NCBI GenBank assembly: GCA_021772565.1
Contig: JAJFLR010000097.1
Coordinates: 1,558-65,557, forward strand
Length of the DNA stretch: 64,000 bases
Direction of reading: 5' to 3'
Source: Opitutales bacterium
GTDB taxonomy: Bacteria > Verrucomicrobiota > Verrucomicrobiia > Opitutales > JAJFLR01
Shown: piece after piece, positions 28,574-39,286 of the stretch
Layout: each line of letters starts with the position of its first letter
Numbering within the stretch: the first letter of the stretch is position 1
Notes under the pieces: generated by a model
The model's database searches: none
The model's input: the letters and a program-made list of their open reading frames with translations, nothing else
Told to the model about the DNA's origin: nothing
Made by a program: the position numbers and the translations under genes

Positions 28574-29671
28574 ATGAAATATGTGCTAAATAAAATAATT
28601 ATCGTATCTGTTCTAATCACGCTATTTAACTTTAACTCGATTACTTATGGTCAAAGTCCGCCTACAGATCTAACTGAATTAAGTATCGAGCAGATTTTGG
28701 GACTCCATATCATTAAGCAATCAGATGAGTCTAGTGAAAATGTAGAAACCGAAAAAAGAAGCAAATGGTCGGCAGGCTATCGTTATGTTCAGGCAAAATT
28801 TGCCGGCATGCGAGATGGAGAAAATAATTTGTCTAACGAACAAGTATTAATATCTCCAACAAATCCCCCATCAGATAATACATTTCCTATTGTTGTTCTC
28901 GATATCCATCAGCAAGCGCATATTTTTGATTTAAAATATGAAGCGACTGATAAATTATCATTTAATCTGCAACTGCCTTATATAATTCAGGAAACAGATC
29001 ATATCAGTGTTGTCGCAGGGTTTTCTGATTTCACTATTCGCTCAGCGGGTCCCGGTGATATATCATTGTCATCATCTTTATTAGTTTGGCACGATGATAA
29101 TAAATATATTTTGATTAATGGCGGTTTCAGTCTGCCTACAGGGTCGATCAATGAACATGGTGATTCTCCTGCCCCTGGTGTAAGTAATCAGTTACCCTTC
29201 ACTATGCAACTTGGCTCGGGAACAGTCGATTTTTTACCCGGGATAACTTATTTTTTCAGTGAGGAAAATTCTAAATGCGGGATTCAATTACAGGGAACTT
29301 TCCGTCTCGGTAGAAACTACAGAGGGTATACTTTAGGCGATCGTTTAATTATGAATGTCTGGTATCAAAGACAAGTCTTTAAATGGTGGGAACCTTCAGT
29401 TAAATTATCTGCTCAGGCTTGGGATAAAATTACTGGTGAAGATATTGCTAGAATTGGAACTGGATTCTATCCGGCACCTGTTGCAGACCCAAATAAATTT
29501 GGTGGCGAGAAAGTAAATTTTGTCATCGGTTCGAAATTTAACTTTAATAATAAATATTTAAAAGGTCAGTCATTTGAAATTGATGCCGCGGCTCCAATCT
29601 ATCAGTCTCTCAATGGTCCACAACCAAAAGAGCAATGGCGTTTTAATCTGGCGTGGAAAATGAATTTCTGA
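28574..29671 (+). CDS. Outer-membrane beta-barrel 'transporter' (SphA/MetA-pathway-like) with N-terminal DLTELSIEQIL peptide
   Basis: Signal peptide; GPGDISL, FSLPTGSI, MQLGSGTVD, PIYQSLNGPQ; terminal Phe. Confidence 0.75.
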   Translation: MKYVLNKIIIVSVLITLFNFNSITYGQSPPTDLTELSIEQILGLHIIKQSDESSENVETEKRSKWSAGYRYVQAKFAGMRDGENNLSNEQVLISPTNPPSDNTFPIVVLDIHQQAHIFDLKYEATDKLSFNLQLPYIIQETDHISVVAGFSDFTIRSAGPGDISLSSSLLVWHDDNKYILINGGFSLPTGSINEHGDSPAPGVSNQLPFTMQLGSGTVDFLPGITYFFSEENSKCGIQLQGTFRLGRNYRGYTLGDRLIMNVWYQRQVFKWWEPSVKLSAQAWDKITGEDIARIGTGFYPAPVADPNKFGGEKVNFVIGSKFNFNNKYLKGQSFEIDAAAPIYQSLNGPQPKEQWRFNLAWKMNF

Positions 29672-29722
29672 TAGGACGCTATCTGAAATATTTTAAAAAA
29701 GGTCATTAACACCTGATACAAC

Positions 29723-30394
29723 ATGTATTTTGGAATTAAATTTAATAAAAAATTGCTAAATCTTACATCATTTATTAAACTAATTACATTAGCGTTAGTA
29801 ATTTATTCAATTAATTTAAATTATTGCTTTGCAGATTCTGAGTATAAAGCTAAAGAGTATCAGGCAAAAGCGGCACTCATATATAGTTTTGCGAAATTTG
29901 TTACCTGGCCACCGGATGTTTATAAAAATAAAAAATCTCCCTTTATAATAGGGATTCTAGGAAAAGATCCATTTGGAGATGCAATTAATCTGATAAAAGA
30001 TAAAAAAATTAATGGGAGAGCGATTAAAGTTCAATATTATACAAGTATATATGACTATAAAAAATGTCAGATACTTTATTCCAGCCCCAGTATATTACAC
30101 GGATTTACCACGGAACAATGTAGACAGCTAGTTAAAGATCATGTTTTAACTATCGGTGAGATTGAGGGATTTATAAAGATTGGAGGCATATTGGGAATTA
30201 CATTAGTAAAAGAAAATATTGCTTTTGAAATAAATAGTGCAATGGCCAGAAAGTCAGATATTACTATTAACTCCAACCTTATTAACTTAGCTAGGACCGT
30301 GATTGATAATTATGAAATATGCTTTGATAAGCCTTTTCAGAAAAATATGTGGGCATATTTTATGGAAGAATCTGTTAAGCTATTGATTAACTGA
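29723..30394 (+). CDS. YfiR-family (DUF4154) periplasmic protein
   Basis: EYQAKAALIYSFAKFVTWP, IGILGKDPFG, CQILY, VLTIGE, FEINS. Confidence 0.9.
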   Translation: MYFGIKFNKKLLNLTSFIKLITLALVIYSINLNYCFADSEYKAKEYQAKAALIYSFAKFVTWPPDVYKNKKSPFIIGILGKDPFGDAINLIKDKKINGRAIKVQYYTSIYDYKKCQILYSSPSILHGFTTEQCRQLVKDHVLTIGEIEGFIKIGGILGITLVKENIAFEINSAMARKSDITINSNLINLARTVIDNYEICFDKPFQKNMWAYFMEESVKLLIN

Positions 30395-30563
30395 ATGATG
30401 AAACTAATAATTTCAAATTTTTTTATAACTATCACTTCTTTATATGGAAAGTTAATCATCAAATTTGCCTGAGAATGGGATTAAAACTCGTTGGAAGGTG
30501 AATTTGTGAGTAACTTTTCCGGTTCTTTTACCTGCTAATTCTCAGGAAGATCCTTTTATAATT

Positions 30564-32522
30564 ATGAAAAGATTTCAAAATTTATCACTAAATCGTAAGC
30601 TAACGGCGATTATTATGTCGACTACACTAGTCGCTATGATTTTCTCGTCCATTGCAATAATCAGTTATCAGGAAGTTGCCATAAAACGTAATATGGTAAA
30701 GGAACTTGAAACTGTAGCAGATCTGTTAGGAGCAAATTCTGCAGTTGCAATAAGATTTAATGTACCAAGTGATGCAGAAGCAATTCTTTCGTCAGTTAAA
30801 GCAAAACCAAATATAGTAGGGACTTTTCTATATTCGCCTAACGAGAAAATTTTCGCAAAATATTTGGGTAATGGCAAAAAAAGTATTCTACCTAAACTCC
30901 CGTTATCTGAAGGTCATAATTTTACAAAAAAAAATCTGACAATGGTTAAACGAATCATCCAAGACGGTGATTTTATTGGTATTGTTTGTGTTATGTCAGA
31001 TTTAAAACCACTCAAAGATCAGAGAAATAAAGTAATTATAACCACTTTATTGATTCTTTTTACTTGTTCATTTTTAGCACTCATCATGTCACTGATTTTA
31101 CTACGAGTAGTATCCAAGCCAATAAGCAGTTTGATAAGTACTGCGAATAATATTTCGCAATCTAAAGATTACTCATTGAGAGCAATTAAATATACAGATG
31201 ATGATTTGGGTAAATTGACAGAAGGTTTTAATAATATGCTCAATCAAATTGAATTGCGTGATGTTGATTTGAAGAAAACACACGATGAATTAAAAGTTAG
31301 GTTAGTTGAGCTGGATAAAGAAAAAAATGAATTAAAAAAATCTCAGGAGAGAGAAAAAGAGTTACAAGATAAACTATCACGATCACAAAGACTTGAGTCG
31401 TTAGGGCTATTGGCGGGTGGTGTTGCCCATGATCTAAATAATTTACTCGGACCCGTTGTCGGTTACCCTGACTTGATCTTGCAAAAATTCAATGGCGATC
31501 AGGCGAGCTATAGAATGATTGAAATTATTAGAGAGTCTGCTAAAAAAGCAGCCGGGGTTATTCAAAATCTTCTAACTTTAGGTAGGCGCGGAAGTTTTAA
31601 TGTTGAGACTGTGTACTTGAATGAAATTATAGAATCATATATAGATGATGCAGGATTTGAAGATTTACAAAATCGGTGTGCAAACCTGATTATTGAAAAA
31701 GAGCTAGACGCAGATGTTTGGCCGATACTTGGGTCGGTTTCACACCTTACCCAGGTGATTATGAATTTAGCAATTAATGCTGTAGAGGCTATGGAAAATG
31801 GTGGAATACTTACTGTTAAAACTGAGAGAGTTAGAGTCACCGAGGCAATTGATGGGTATGAAACAATACCGAGTGGTGAGTACACTAAATTAACTGTTAT
31901 GGATACTGGTAAAGGTATTGATCTTAAAAAATTAGGCAGAATTTTTGAACCTTTCTATACAAGTAAATCACTTGAGCGCAGCGGGAGTGGCCTCGGTTTA
32001 GCTGTAGTTTATGGAGTTATAAAAGATTTAAAAGGACTTGTTGATGTTAAAAACAGAATGAACGGTGGTGCCAAGTTCGAATTATACTTTCCGCCAATGT
32101 TAATTGAAAAGAAAAAGAAAAGGGAAAGCACAGTTAAAGATTTTACAGGTAATGAAAAAATATTAGTTGTTGATGATGTAAAAGAGCAGCGAGAGTTAGC
32201 GACAATTGTACTTCAAAGTTTAGGTTACTCAACGGATGATGTTATCAATGGACATAAAGCCTTAAAGTATCTTGAAACGAATGATGTGGATCTGGTTATT
32301 TTGGATATGATTATGGAGGAAAATTTTGATGGGCTTGATACCTATAAAGCTATTTTAAAAATTAACCCTAAGCAAAAGTGCATCATTGCAAGTGGTTTTT
32401 CTGAAAGTGAAAGAGTTAAGGAAGCTCTATCACTGGGGGCAGGTAACTATGTCGCCAAACCGTATACATTGGATTCTATAGGGAAGGCAATTAGAGAAGA
32501 GCTCGACAGAGTAGTAATTTAG
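30564..32522 (+). CDS. Hybrid sensor histidine kinase (YfiN-like periplasmic sensor-HAMP-HisKA-HATPase-REC)
   Basis: LAGGVAHDLNNLL, NLAINA, DTGKG, FEPFYTSK, GSGLGL, receiver LVVDD...ILDM...AKP. Confidence 0.93.
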   Translation: MKRFQNLSLNRKLTAIIMSTTLVAMIFSSIAIISYQEVAIKRNMVKELETVADLLGANSAVAIRFNVPSDAEAILSSVKAKPNIVGTFLYSPNEKIFAKYLGNGKKSILPKLPLSEGHNFTKKNLTMVKRIIQDGDFIGIVCVMSDLKPLKDQRNKVIITTLLILFTCSFLALIMSLILLRVVSKPISSLISTANNISQSKDYSLRAIKYTDDDLGKLTEGFNNMLNQIELRDVDLKKTHDELKVRLVELDKEKNELKKSQEREKELQDKLSRSQRLESLGLLAGGVAHDLNNLLGPVVGYPDLILQKFNGDQASYRMIEIIRESAKKAAGVIQNLLTLGRRGSFNVETVYLNEIIESYIDDAGFEDLQNRCANLIIEKELDADVWPILGSVSHLTQVIMNLAINAVEAMENGGILTVKTERVRVTEAIDGYETIPSGEYTKLTVMDTGKGIDLKKLGRIFEPFYTSKSLERSGSGLGLAVVYGVIKDLKGLVDVKNRMNGGAKFELYFPPMLIEKKKKRESTVKDFTGNEKILVVDDVKEQRELATIVLQSLGYSTDDVINGHKALKYLETNDVDLVILDMIMEENFDGLDTYKAILKINPKQKCIIASGFSESERVKEALSLGAGNYVAKPYTLDSIGKAIREELDRVVI

Positions 32523-32523
32523 T

Positions 32524-33897
32524 TTACAACGTTAATTTTATACTGCGTCTCAAATATGTTGGTACGTCAAGATCAACGTCTTTATATAAATTTCTTTCTT
32601 TATCATCTTCAAATAATCCCCGTTGCTCACTTTCTGAAAAAAGAAACTCAATTTGGTTATCAACTTTTTTAATTTTGTTTTTTCTTTTATATGTTCTTTT
32701 TGATTTTCCTTTAGATTTAGACTTTATGGGAAAAACTATTTTTTTGCTGTTAGTGTTTTCATTGTAAACAATAGTTTTAGATTTATTTGAATTAACTGGT
32801 CCTTCAACATTGTTTGATCCAAAAATGAACAATTCAATCTTATCATTCATCCCTTCTTCAATGTATGCACCATATATAATTTCAATATCTTTAGAATATT
32901 TTTCAAAAATTGCATCCATAACTTCTTTTACTTCATTCATCCCAATATTTGGGCCACCAGTAATATTAACGATCAATCGATCAATACAATTACAAGTTTC
33001 TGTCGTATGTAGTAGTGGACATAAAAAAAGATTTTCGATAGCTTTTTTAATATAATTTTCTCCTGCACCCTGACCAATTCCAAACAGTGTCTTTCCACTT
33101 TTATTTTTAAATATATTTCTAAGATCATTAAATTCCACATTTTTAATCCCATTTTTAAAAATCATAGAATGAATGGCCTTTATACCCGATGCGATCCAAT
33201 TGTCTGCTAGCAAGAATGAGTTAGTGACGCTGGAAGATTCATTTGATTGCTGGAATAAAATATCACCTGGAATAGGTATTACAGCATGACAATTACTTCT
33301 TAATTCAGCTAGACTTTCTCTTGCTTGTTGTTGTCTTCTTATTCCTTCAAATGAATATGGAATTATGGCAAAGCAAATAACAAGTGCGTTATGTTCAACC
33401 GCTTTTTTGGCGATGATTGGTGTTGCTCCACTTCCTGTGCCACCACCTAAACCTGATATTAGAAATAATAAGTCAGTGTTTGCGACCATTTGATTTATTG
33501 AATCTATATCTGATTCAACTGCATTTCTTGCCACTTCAATATCGCCACCCGCATCGAGCCCTTTAGTAATTGTTTTGCCAATTAATAAACACTCGTCAGC
33601 CTTGGAATTTTCAATTGCTCTAAAGTCTGTATTGACTGCCGATAACGTTATCCCGTCTAATTTTTCTGCAGCGAATTGATTGATTATATTGTTACCAGCA
33701 TTCCCAATCCCAATAATTTTAATTTTTAATTTCGGAGAAATTTCAGATTCATTATTTATTTCTAAATCTTTAAGATCTTCATCTACTTCTGGAATTTTTA
33801 TTTCACAGTTTAGATTTAGTAGCTCAGATTCGATATTTTTGTCTGGATTTACAGACTCATTGTTATCATCAGGAATATTTGAATTATTGGCTATCAT
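32524..33897 (-). CDS. ftsZ: Cell division protein FtsZ (divergent)
   Basis: AVNTD, GLGGGTGSGATP, FEGIRR, C-terminal DLDVPTYLRR; last gene of dcw cluster. Confidence 0.92.
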   Translation of the reverse strand: MIANNSNIPDDNNESVNPDKNIESELLNLNCEIKIPEVDEDLKDLEINNESEISPKLKIKIIGIGNAGNNIINQFAAEKLDGITLSAVNTDFRAIENSKADECLLIGKTITKGLDAGGDIEVARNAVESDIDSINQMVANTDLLFLISGLGGGTGSGATPIIAKKAVEHNALVICFAIIPYSFEGIRRQQQARESLAELRSNCHAVIPIPGDILFQQSNESSSVTNSFLLADNWIASGIKAIHSMIFKNGIKNVEFNDLRNIFKNKSGKTLFGIGQGAGENYIKKAIENLFLCPLLHTTETCNCIDRLIVNITGGPNIGMNEVKEVMDAIFEKYSKDIEIIYGAYIEEGMNDKIELFIFGSNNVEGPVNSNKSKTIVYNENTNSKKIVFPIKSKSKGKSKRTYKRKNKIKKVDNQIEFLFSESEQRGLFEDDKERNLYKDVDLDVPTYLRRSIKLTL

Positions 33898-33900
33898 GAT

Positions 33901-35115
33901 TTATTTGGAACTGGAAAAGAGCCTGGAAAGAATTTTGAATCTACTTTTTTTCTTTTTACTGACAATGTCGTTTTTTTGATATTTTAGAGCAAATAACAAA
34001 ATTCCCAAAACAGTACTGTACTCTGGGTGCCGTAATTCTTTTTGAACCCAATTTGGAATTTCACCCAGACTTACATCCATTTCAAAAACATTTTTAGCGA
34101 TATTAGTAATACCTGCTTGTCTTGATGTGCCTCCAGTTAATGTGATTTTAGTAACGGTTTCATTTGGTTTAAATGAGGTGCCGAGTTCATTTTTAATTAT
34201 GTTAAATAGCTCATCCAATCTTGCTTCAATTATTTGATCAATGGCATTTACCTGAACTGGTCTATCTCCAATTGATCTGTCTCCGTAAAGCCATAAATGA
34301 CGATTTTCTAAATTTTCGTCATCAGCTAATTTATTATATTGGCACTTAATTTCTTCGGCACGTTGCGTGTTTATTCTTAATGCCATACCCAAGTCACTGG
34401 TTATGTGATTGCCGCCCACTTTAATCACACCCGTTTTTGCTATTTTGCCATTTAAGTATAACACGTAATCAGTTATTCCGGCACCGATGTCTATAACTAA
34501 TGAACCATTAATTTTTTCCAGTTCAGTAACCAATGTGCACCCTGAAGCGAGTGATGAAAGTATTACATCATCTACTGTATAGTGCATCCAGTTTAATATA
34601 TGTATCTGATCTGCCAATTTTTTTTCATCACTTGTTATGTGCAAGTATGATGCTTCGAGCTGTTCCCCTTCTTTCCCCAGTGGGAATTCAATATTTTTAC
34701 CATCCAGTTTATAGCCATTTAAAATATGATGAATATATACTCTGTCAGGTCGAAGCTCCTTTACTCTTGCACTTTCAGTAGCACGTTTGACATCTTCCTC
34801 AACAATAATATTGTCAGGAGAACTAACGCCAACAATACCTTTGTTGTAAAATCCTCTTATGTGTCCGCCTGTTAGTGACATGTATAATTTTTCGAAAGAT
34901 GTTCCTGCAGATTTTTCAACTGTATTTATAGCTGCATAAACACAATTACTTGTGGCTTCCATATCAACAATATCACCTTTATTAACACCATGTGTAGAGG
35001 CTTCTCCCATACCAAGTATATTGAGATCAGTACCGTTACTTATTTCAGCAATAAGTACAATAATTTTAGAAGTCCCAATATCCAATGCGCCGATAATTTT
35101 ATTTTGATTCTTCAT
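33901..35115 (-). CDS. ftsA: Cell division protein FtsA
   Basis: LDIGTSKI, IDIGAGITD, GGNHITSDL, LTGGTS. Confidence 0.95.
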   Translation of the reverse strand: MKNQNKIIGALDIGTSKIIVLIAEISNGTDLNILGMGEASTHGVNKGDIVDMEATSNCVYAAINTVEKSAGTSFEKLYMSLTGGHIRGFYNKGIVGVSSPDNIIVEEDVKRATESARVKELRPDRVYIHHILNGYKLDGKNIEFPLGKEGEQLEASYLHITSDEKKLADQIHILNWMHYTVDDVILSSLASGCTLVTELEKINGSLVIDIGAGITDYVLYLNGKIAKTGVIKVGGNHITSDLGMALRINTQRAEEIKCQYNKLADDENLENRHLWLYGDRSIGDRPVQVNAIDQIIEARLDELFNIIKNELGTSFKPNETVTKITLTGGTSRQAGITNIAKNVFEMDVSLGEIPNWVQKELRHPEYSTVLGILLFALKYQKNDIVSKKKKSRFKILSRLFSSSK

Positions 35116-35127
35116 ATAATTTTTTTC

Positions 35128-36033
35128 TTAATCAAATTTAACGTTTACACGATCATTTAATGTTAAGTCTATTCGATTAATTTTTGGAGTATTATTGTTT
35201 ATTGAGAATTGAATAACGTTTGCTAAATTGTTGAGTTGTAAGTCAAAATTATAGGGCATAAACAACGTCTCATTTATTATATCTCCTTTTATGACAATGA
35301 CAGAATTGTCAGATATAATATTAAGTTTAAAATCATTATAAGATATAACATTCCATGAATCATATAGTCTTGGAAACCGTTTTTTTGTGATCAGCAATAA
35401 TTCTGTAATTGAATTTAATTCATCAATATTTGCATTATTGTTTCCATCCAAAATTATATCCACTCCTTTAATGAATGGAAGTTTATTTAAAATATCTTTG
35501 CTGTAGTTATGTCCTTTATACACCTGCCCATCCATTGAGATTAGGTATAATTCTTTAACGTTATTGTTGTTTTTATAAACATACCTCATAATTGGCTCCA
35601 GCTCATTAATATATACTTGTATTTCGTCAGGAAAGTTTCTCTTAATTGAAACGCTCTTAATTTGATCTAATTTTTCCAGCTTACTTTTAATTTGTACTAA
35701 ATTTATCTCCATCATATCTTCATATTGAGAGAAATCTACTTGTGTATCCAACCACTCACGACTCAATACACCTGTAGTTCGATATGAAATATGTCTTACG
35801 GGCTGGGGAAATTTAATTATATTAAAATATTGATGATTGTTTTTAATGTAATTAGCACTCCACCCTATTCCTATTAACGTAATTATGATTAATGATATTA
35901 TCGAACCTTGTTTTAAGCGCTTCTTTATTTTCAAAATTCTTACGGATTCAGAAATTGAATGACTGAAGCCTTTTTGCTCTATTCTTCTCCAGCTGTTCTC
36001 GTTTGAAAGATCAAAATTTGGTTTTCTATTCAT
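35128..36033 (-). CDS. ftsQ: Cell division protein FtsQ/DivIB
   Basis: TM plus POTRA (IKSVSIKRNFPDEIQVYINE), IDLT; located between ddl and ftsA. Confidence 0.85.
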   Translation of the reverse strand: MNRKPNFDLSNENSWRRIEQKGFSHSISESVRILKIKKRLKQGSIISLIIITLIGIGWSANYIKNNHQYFNIIKFPQPVRHISYRTTGVLSREWLDTQVDFSQYEDMMEINLVQIKSKLEKLDQIKSVSIKRNFPDEIQVYINELEPIMRYVYKNNNNVKELYLISMDGQVYKGHNYSKDILNKLPFIKGVDIILDGNNNANIDELNSITELLLITKKRFPRLYDSWNVISYNDFKLNIISDNSVIVIKGDIINETLFMPYNFDLQLNNLANVIQFSINNNTPKINRIDLTLNDRVNVKFD

Positions 36034-36989
36034 TATGCAGTTATCCTTTTTCTTTTAAATCTATTTATAGCTGGCAGTATCATTTGATAAACTAGTTCTG
36101 TGAAATCATAACCATTACAACTTGAGCTTTTAGGAAGTAAGCTGGTTGGTGTTAACCCTGGTATTGTATTTATTTCAAGAAAGTAACATTCACCTTCTTC
36201 AGAAATCATAAAATCGACACGTGCAAAATCACGGCATCCACAAATATTATAGGATTTAATTGCAAATTCCATGAGTTCTTTTTCCTGCCAATTTTCTATC
36301 AGAGCCGGATAACGGTAGTCTGTTAAGCCTTTTGTATATTTATGTTCATAATCGTATACACCATTCTTGGGCAAAATTTCTACTATTCCCATGCACTTTT
36401 CGTTGACTATGCCCACTGTAACCTCTCGTCCGGTTATTTTCTTTTCGAACAACCAATCACCAGGATATAAGTTATTTGTGGCGTTGTTAAGTTCGTGAAT
36501 ACCATTTACAATTGTTAGGCCAACACTACTTCCTTCACGAATTGGTTTGATAACGATGTCATTGCCAAGATAATCTATTATATCACTGAGGTCAGGCAGA
36601 TTAGTTGCTTCACCTTTTAAAAAAGGTGGTATTCTTACACCTTGAGAACTTACGCGTGAATTTGTTTCATATTTGTCGAAACATAATCGGCTTGATTCGA
36701 TGCCGCTTCCTGCATAACAAAATCCTTTGTCTTCCAAAATTTGTTGCAACTCACCGTCTTCTCCAAATGTTCCATGAAGCGTTGGAAATATAACCATGTT
36801 TTCAGGATCCAGATTTTTCGGTAGAGAATTTTGTTTAATATCTATTAAATCTACATCGATTCTGTTACTTAACGCTTTTGCGACAGAATTGCCGGATACT
36901 AAGGAAACATCTCTTTCGGATGATATTCCTCCTGATAAAACACCAACTTTTATCGGTGGGCTGTTTCTGGAAATTACATTATCTATCAT
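36033..36989 (-). CDS. ddl: D-alanine--D-alanine ligase
   Basis: GGISSERDVSLVSG, LHGTFGEDG, GSSVG, ARVDF, EINTIPG. Confidence 0.96.
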   Translation of the reverse strand: MIDNVISRNSPPIKVGVLSGGISSERDVSLVSGNSVAKALSNRIDVDLIDIKQNSLPKNLDPENMVIFPTLHGTFGEDGELQQILEDKGFCYAGSGIESSRLCFDKYETNSRVSSQGVRIPPFLKGEATNLPDLSDIIDYLGNDIVIKPIREGSSVGLTIVNGIHELNNATNNLYPGDWLFEKKITGREVTVGIVNEKCMGIVEILPKNGVYDYEHKYTKGLTDYRYPALIENWQEKELMEFAIKSYNICGCRDFARVDFMISEEGECYFLEINTIPGLTPTSLLPKSSSCNGYDFTELVYQMILPAINRFKRKRITA

Positions 36990-39286
36990 AATATGTCCTC
37001 CCAGTTAATTCCCATAATTTTTGCTTCCGGCTCAAGGTAAATGCTTCTCCTGTTGTATACCTCTAGTCGAATATCTTTTATTAACGAGATGATTTCATTG
37101 CTTGTCGCACCACCCCTATTGACAATAAAATTTCCATGGATTTCAGATACTTCTGCATTGCCAATACGATGCCCTTTTAATCCTAACTGATCAATTATCT
37201 GACCTGCACTTTCACCAATTGGGTTCTTGAAAATGCAACCAACACTTGATTCTCTTGGCTGTGTTAATTTTCTTTTTTGAGAGTAATCAGCCAAGGTCTT
37301 TTTAATTGTGTCATTATTCACGTCTGAATGTGCAAAAAATTTAGCACTGATAGCAGTTGTGTTTATTAAATTATCACATTCACGATAATTTATATTCAAC
37401 ATTTCTCTTGGTATTGTTTCCAATTCATTCTTGGAATTTAAAATTAGTATTGAATCTACAATATCATAAATACTCGATCCCATTGCACCAGCATTCATTC
37501 GTAACGCGCCTCCAACAGTTCCCGGTATTCCTTCTAAAAACTCAAAACCTTTCAAGTAATTATTAGAAGCAAAACTACACAATTGTTTTAGACGTAAGCC
37601 GGCTCTGGCAACAATATGTGATTCATTAATTAATTTTAGCTCACTCCAATATTTGTGGTTTAAGCTAATTACCATTCCGTCAAATCCATCATCGGGAATT
37701 ATTAAGTTAGAACCCCGACCGAGTATGTAATAGGGAACTCTGTTATTGTTACATTTTTTTATGATACTACATAAATCGTTTTGTGATGCAGGTTCGCTAT
37801 AATATTTTGCGTTACCACCGATTCTTAATGTCGTTTTATCAGATAGTTTAATGTCTGTTAGAATTTTTGTTGATTTGGAGATTCCATTATAAAGATTATT
37901 AACAAAAAAATTATTAGAATAATTATCAAATGAAATAGGATTATCTTTTAATATATTGATAAAATAATTTGCCCATAGATCAATATCGCCTGCTCCAATA
38001 AAAATAATTATAGAGGGTTCTTTTACTATTTTTCTCAGTTGATTACCTAACTCAGAATATGAATTAATTAAATGTGCTGATCTCAATTTTGATGTGCAAC
38101 GCAAAATGTCTTCACTATTGCCGCCTTCAATATTAGGTTCACCTGCGGAGTAAGCAGGCAGCAATAGCAACTCATCTAATGTGCTTAGTTTATCAGCGAA
38201 CTCTTCTTTAAATTGTTTTGTTCTGGAATGTCTGTGTGGTTGAAATACACCAACTAATTTCCTGTCATTAAAGGTAGATTGTACAAATTTTATTAGTTCA
38301 TTAATTTCTGTTGGGTGATGTGCATAATCTTCGTAAATAATTAATTCCCTTGAATTATAAATTCTTGTTTGACGTCTTTTAATTCCGGGAAATGCATCTA
38401 GCGAATTTTCTATAAATGGTTCACATATGATATTTGTAAGAGTGAGTGCAGCGGAAGCATTTTCTCCGTTAAAGTTTCCCACAGCATTTATTTCAGAAGA
38501 CATTTGAGGAAACCTGCCATTCAATCGTAAATGTAGCTTTTCAGGTGTCGTGTTTGAAATTTCACAAACATAATCTCCTTTACCTCCAAAACTGATCAAC
38601 TCAGCTATCATTGGAGAACGGATTAATTTTTTTATACTGGTTGAATGCGATGGGTAAATAATTTTTCCCTTAGTACGTGAAAATAATGATTCAAATGTTT
38701 CATGCAAATCTTCGATTGTTTCATACTGATCAGAATGATCCCAGTCCAGATTCACTATCAATGTAATTTCAGGTGCGAACAAATCTATTGTTCCATCACT
38801 TTCATCTATTTCAGCGACGAGCCACTCACTATTAGTTGACAGTGCCGGTGTAAATTCATTTTGGCTAAATAAACCACCTAAAATATAGTCAAAAGAAAAG
38901 TTGTTTTTTAAAAGTGATACAATTGACATCCCGGCAGTTGTAGTTTTGCCATGGCTTCCAACAATTGCAATTAGCTTTTTTCGAGTTGCTGTCTCTGCTA
39001 GCATTTCACCTCTTTTCAAAACAGGTAATCTTTTTTCTCTGGCTTCTAAAAGAAACGGATTATCTTTTTTAACAGCGTTTGAATAAACTACTAATTGCGT
39101 GCCCGGAGGAAGATATTTATCGGTTGTTAAAACTATTTGTTCTTTGTCCAATAACTCTTTAACATTTGATTTGATTGAACTGTCATAACCGCATATCTGA
39201 AAACCACATTGCTTCAAATAAATTGCAAGTGGAGCCATTCCCATGCCGCATATACCTATCATAAATATGTTTTCCTTATGCATCAT
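36986..39286 (-). CDS. murC-murB: Fused MurC-MurB (UDP-MurNAc-L-Ala ligase / UDP-MurNAc dehydrogenase)
   Basis: GICGMGM, GSHGKTTT, DYAHHPTE, FQPHR; then TTLRIGG, GRGSNL, LEGIPGTVGGA, GCIFKNP, HGNF. Confidence 0.95.
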   Translation of the reverse strand: MMHKENIFMIGICGMGMAPLAIYLKQCGFQICGYDSSIKSNVKELLDKEQIVLTTDKYLPPGTQLVVYSNAVKKDNPFLLEAREKRLPVLKRGEMLAETATRKKLIAIVGSHGKTTTAGMSIVSLLKNNFSFDYILGGLFSQNEFTPALSTNSEWLVAEIDESDGTIDLFAPEITLIVNLDWDHSDQYETIEDLHETFESLFSRTKGKIIYPSHSTSIKKLIRSPMIAELISFGGKGDYVCEISNTTPEKLHLRLNGRFPQMSSEINAVGNFNGENASAALTLTNIICEPFIENSLDAFPGIKRRQTRIYNSRELIIYEDYAHHPTEINELIKFVQSTFNDRKLVGVFQPHRHSRTKQFKEEFADKLSTLDELLLLPAYSAGEPNIEGGNSEDILRCTSKLRSAHLINSYSELGNQLRKIVKEPSIIIFIGAGDIDLWANYFINILKDNPISFDNYSNNFFVNNLYNGISKSTKILTDIKLSDKTTLRIGGNAKYYSEPASQNDLCSIIKKCNNNRVPYYILGRGSNLIIPDDGFDGMVISLNHKYWSELKLINESHIVARAGLRLKQLCSFASNNYLKGFEFLEGIPGTVGGALRMNAGAMGSSIYDIVDSILILNSKNELETIPREMLNINYRECDNLINTTAISAKFFAHSDVNNDTIKKTLADYSQKRKLTQPRESSVGCIFKNPIGESAGQIIDQLGLKGHRIGNAEVSEIHGNFIVNRGGATSNEIISLIKDIRLEVYNRRSIYLEPEAKIMGINWEDIL

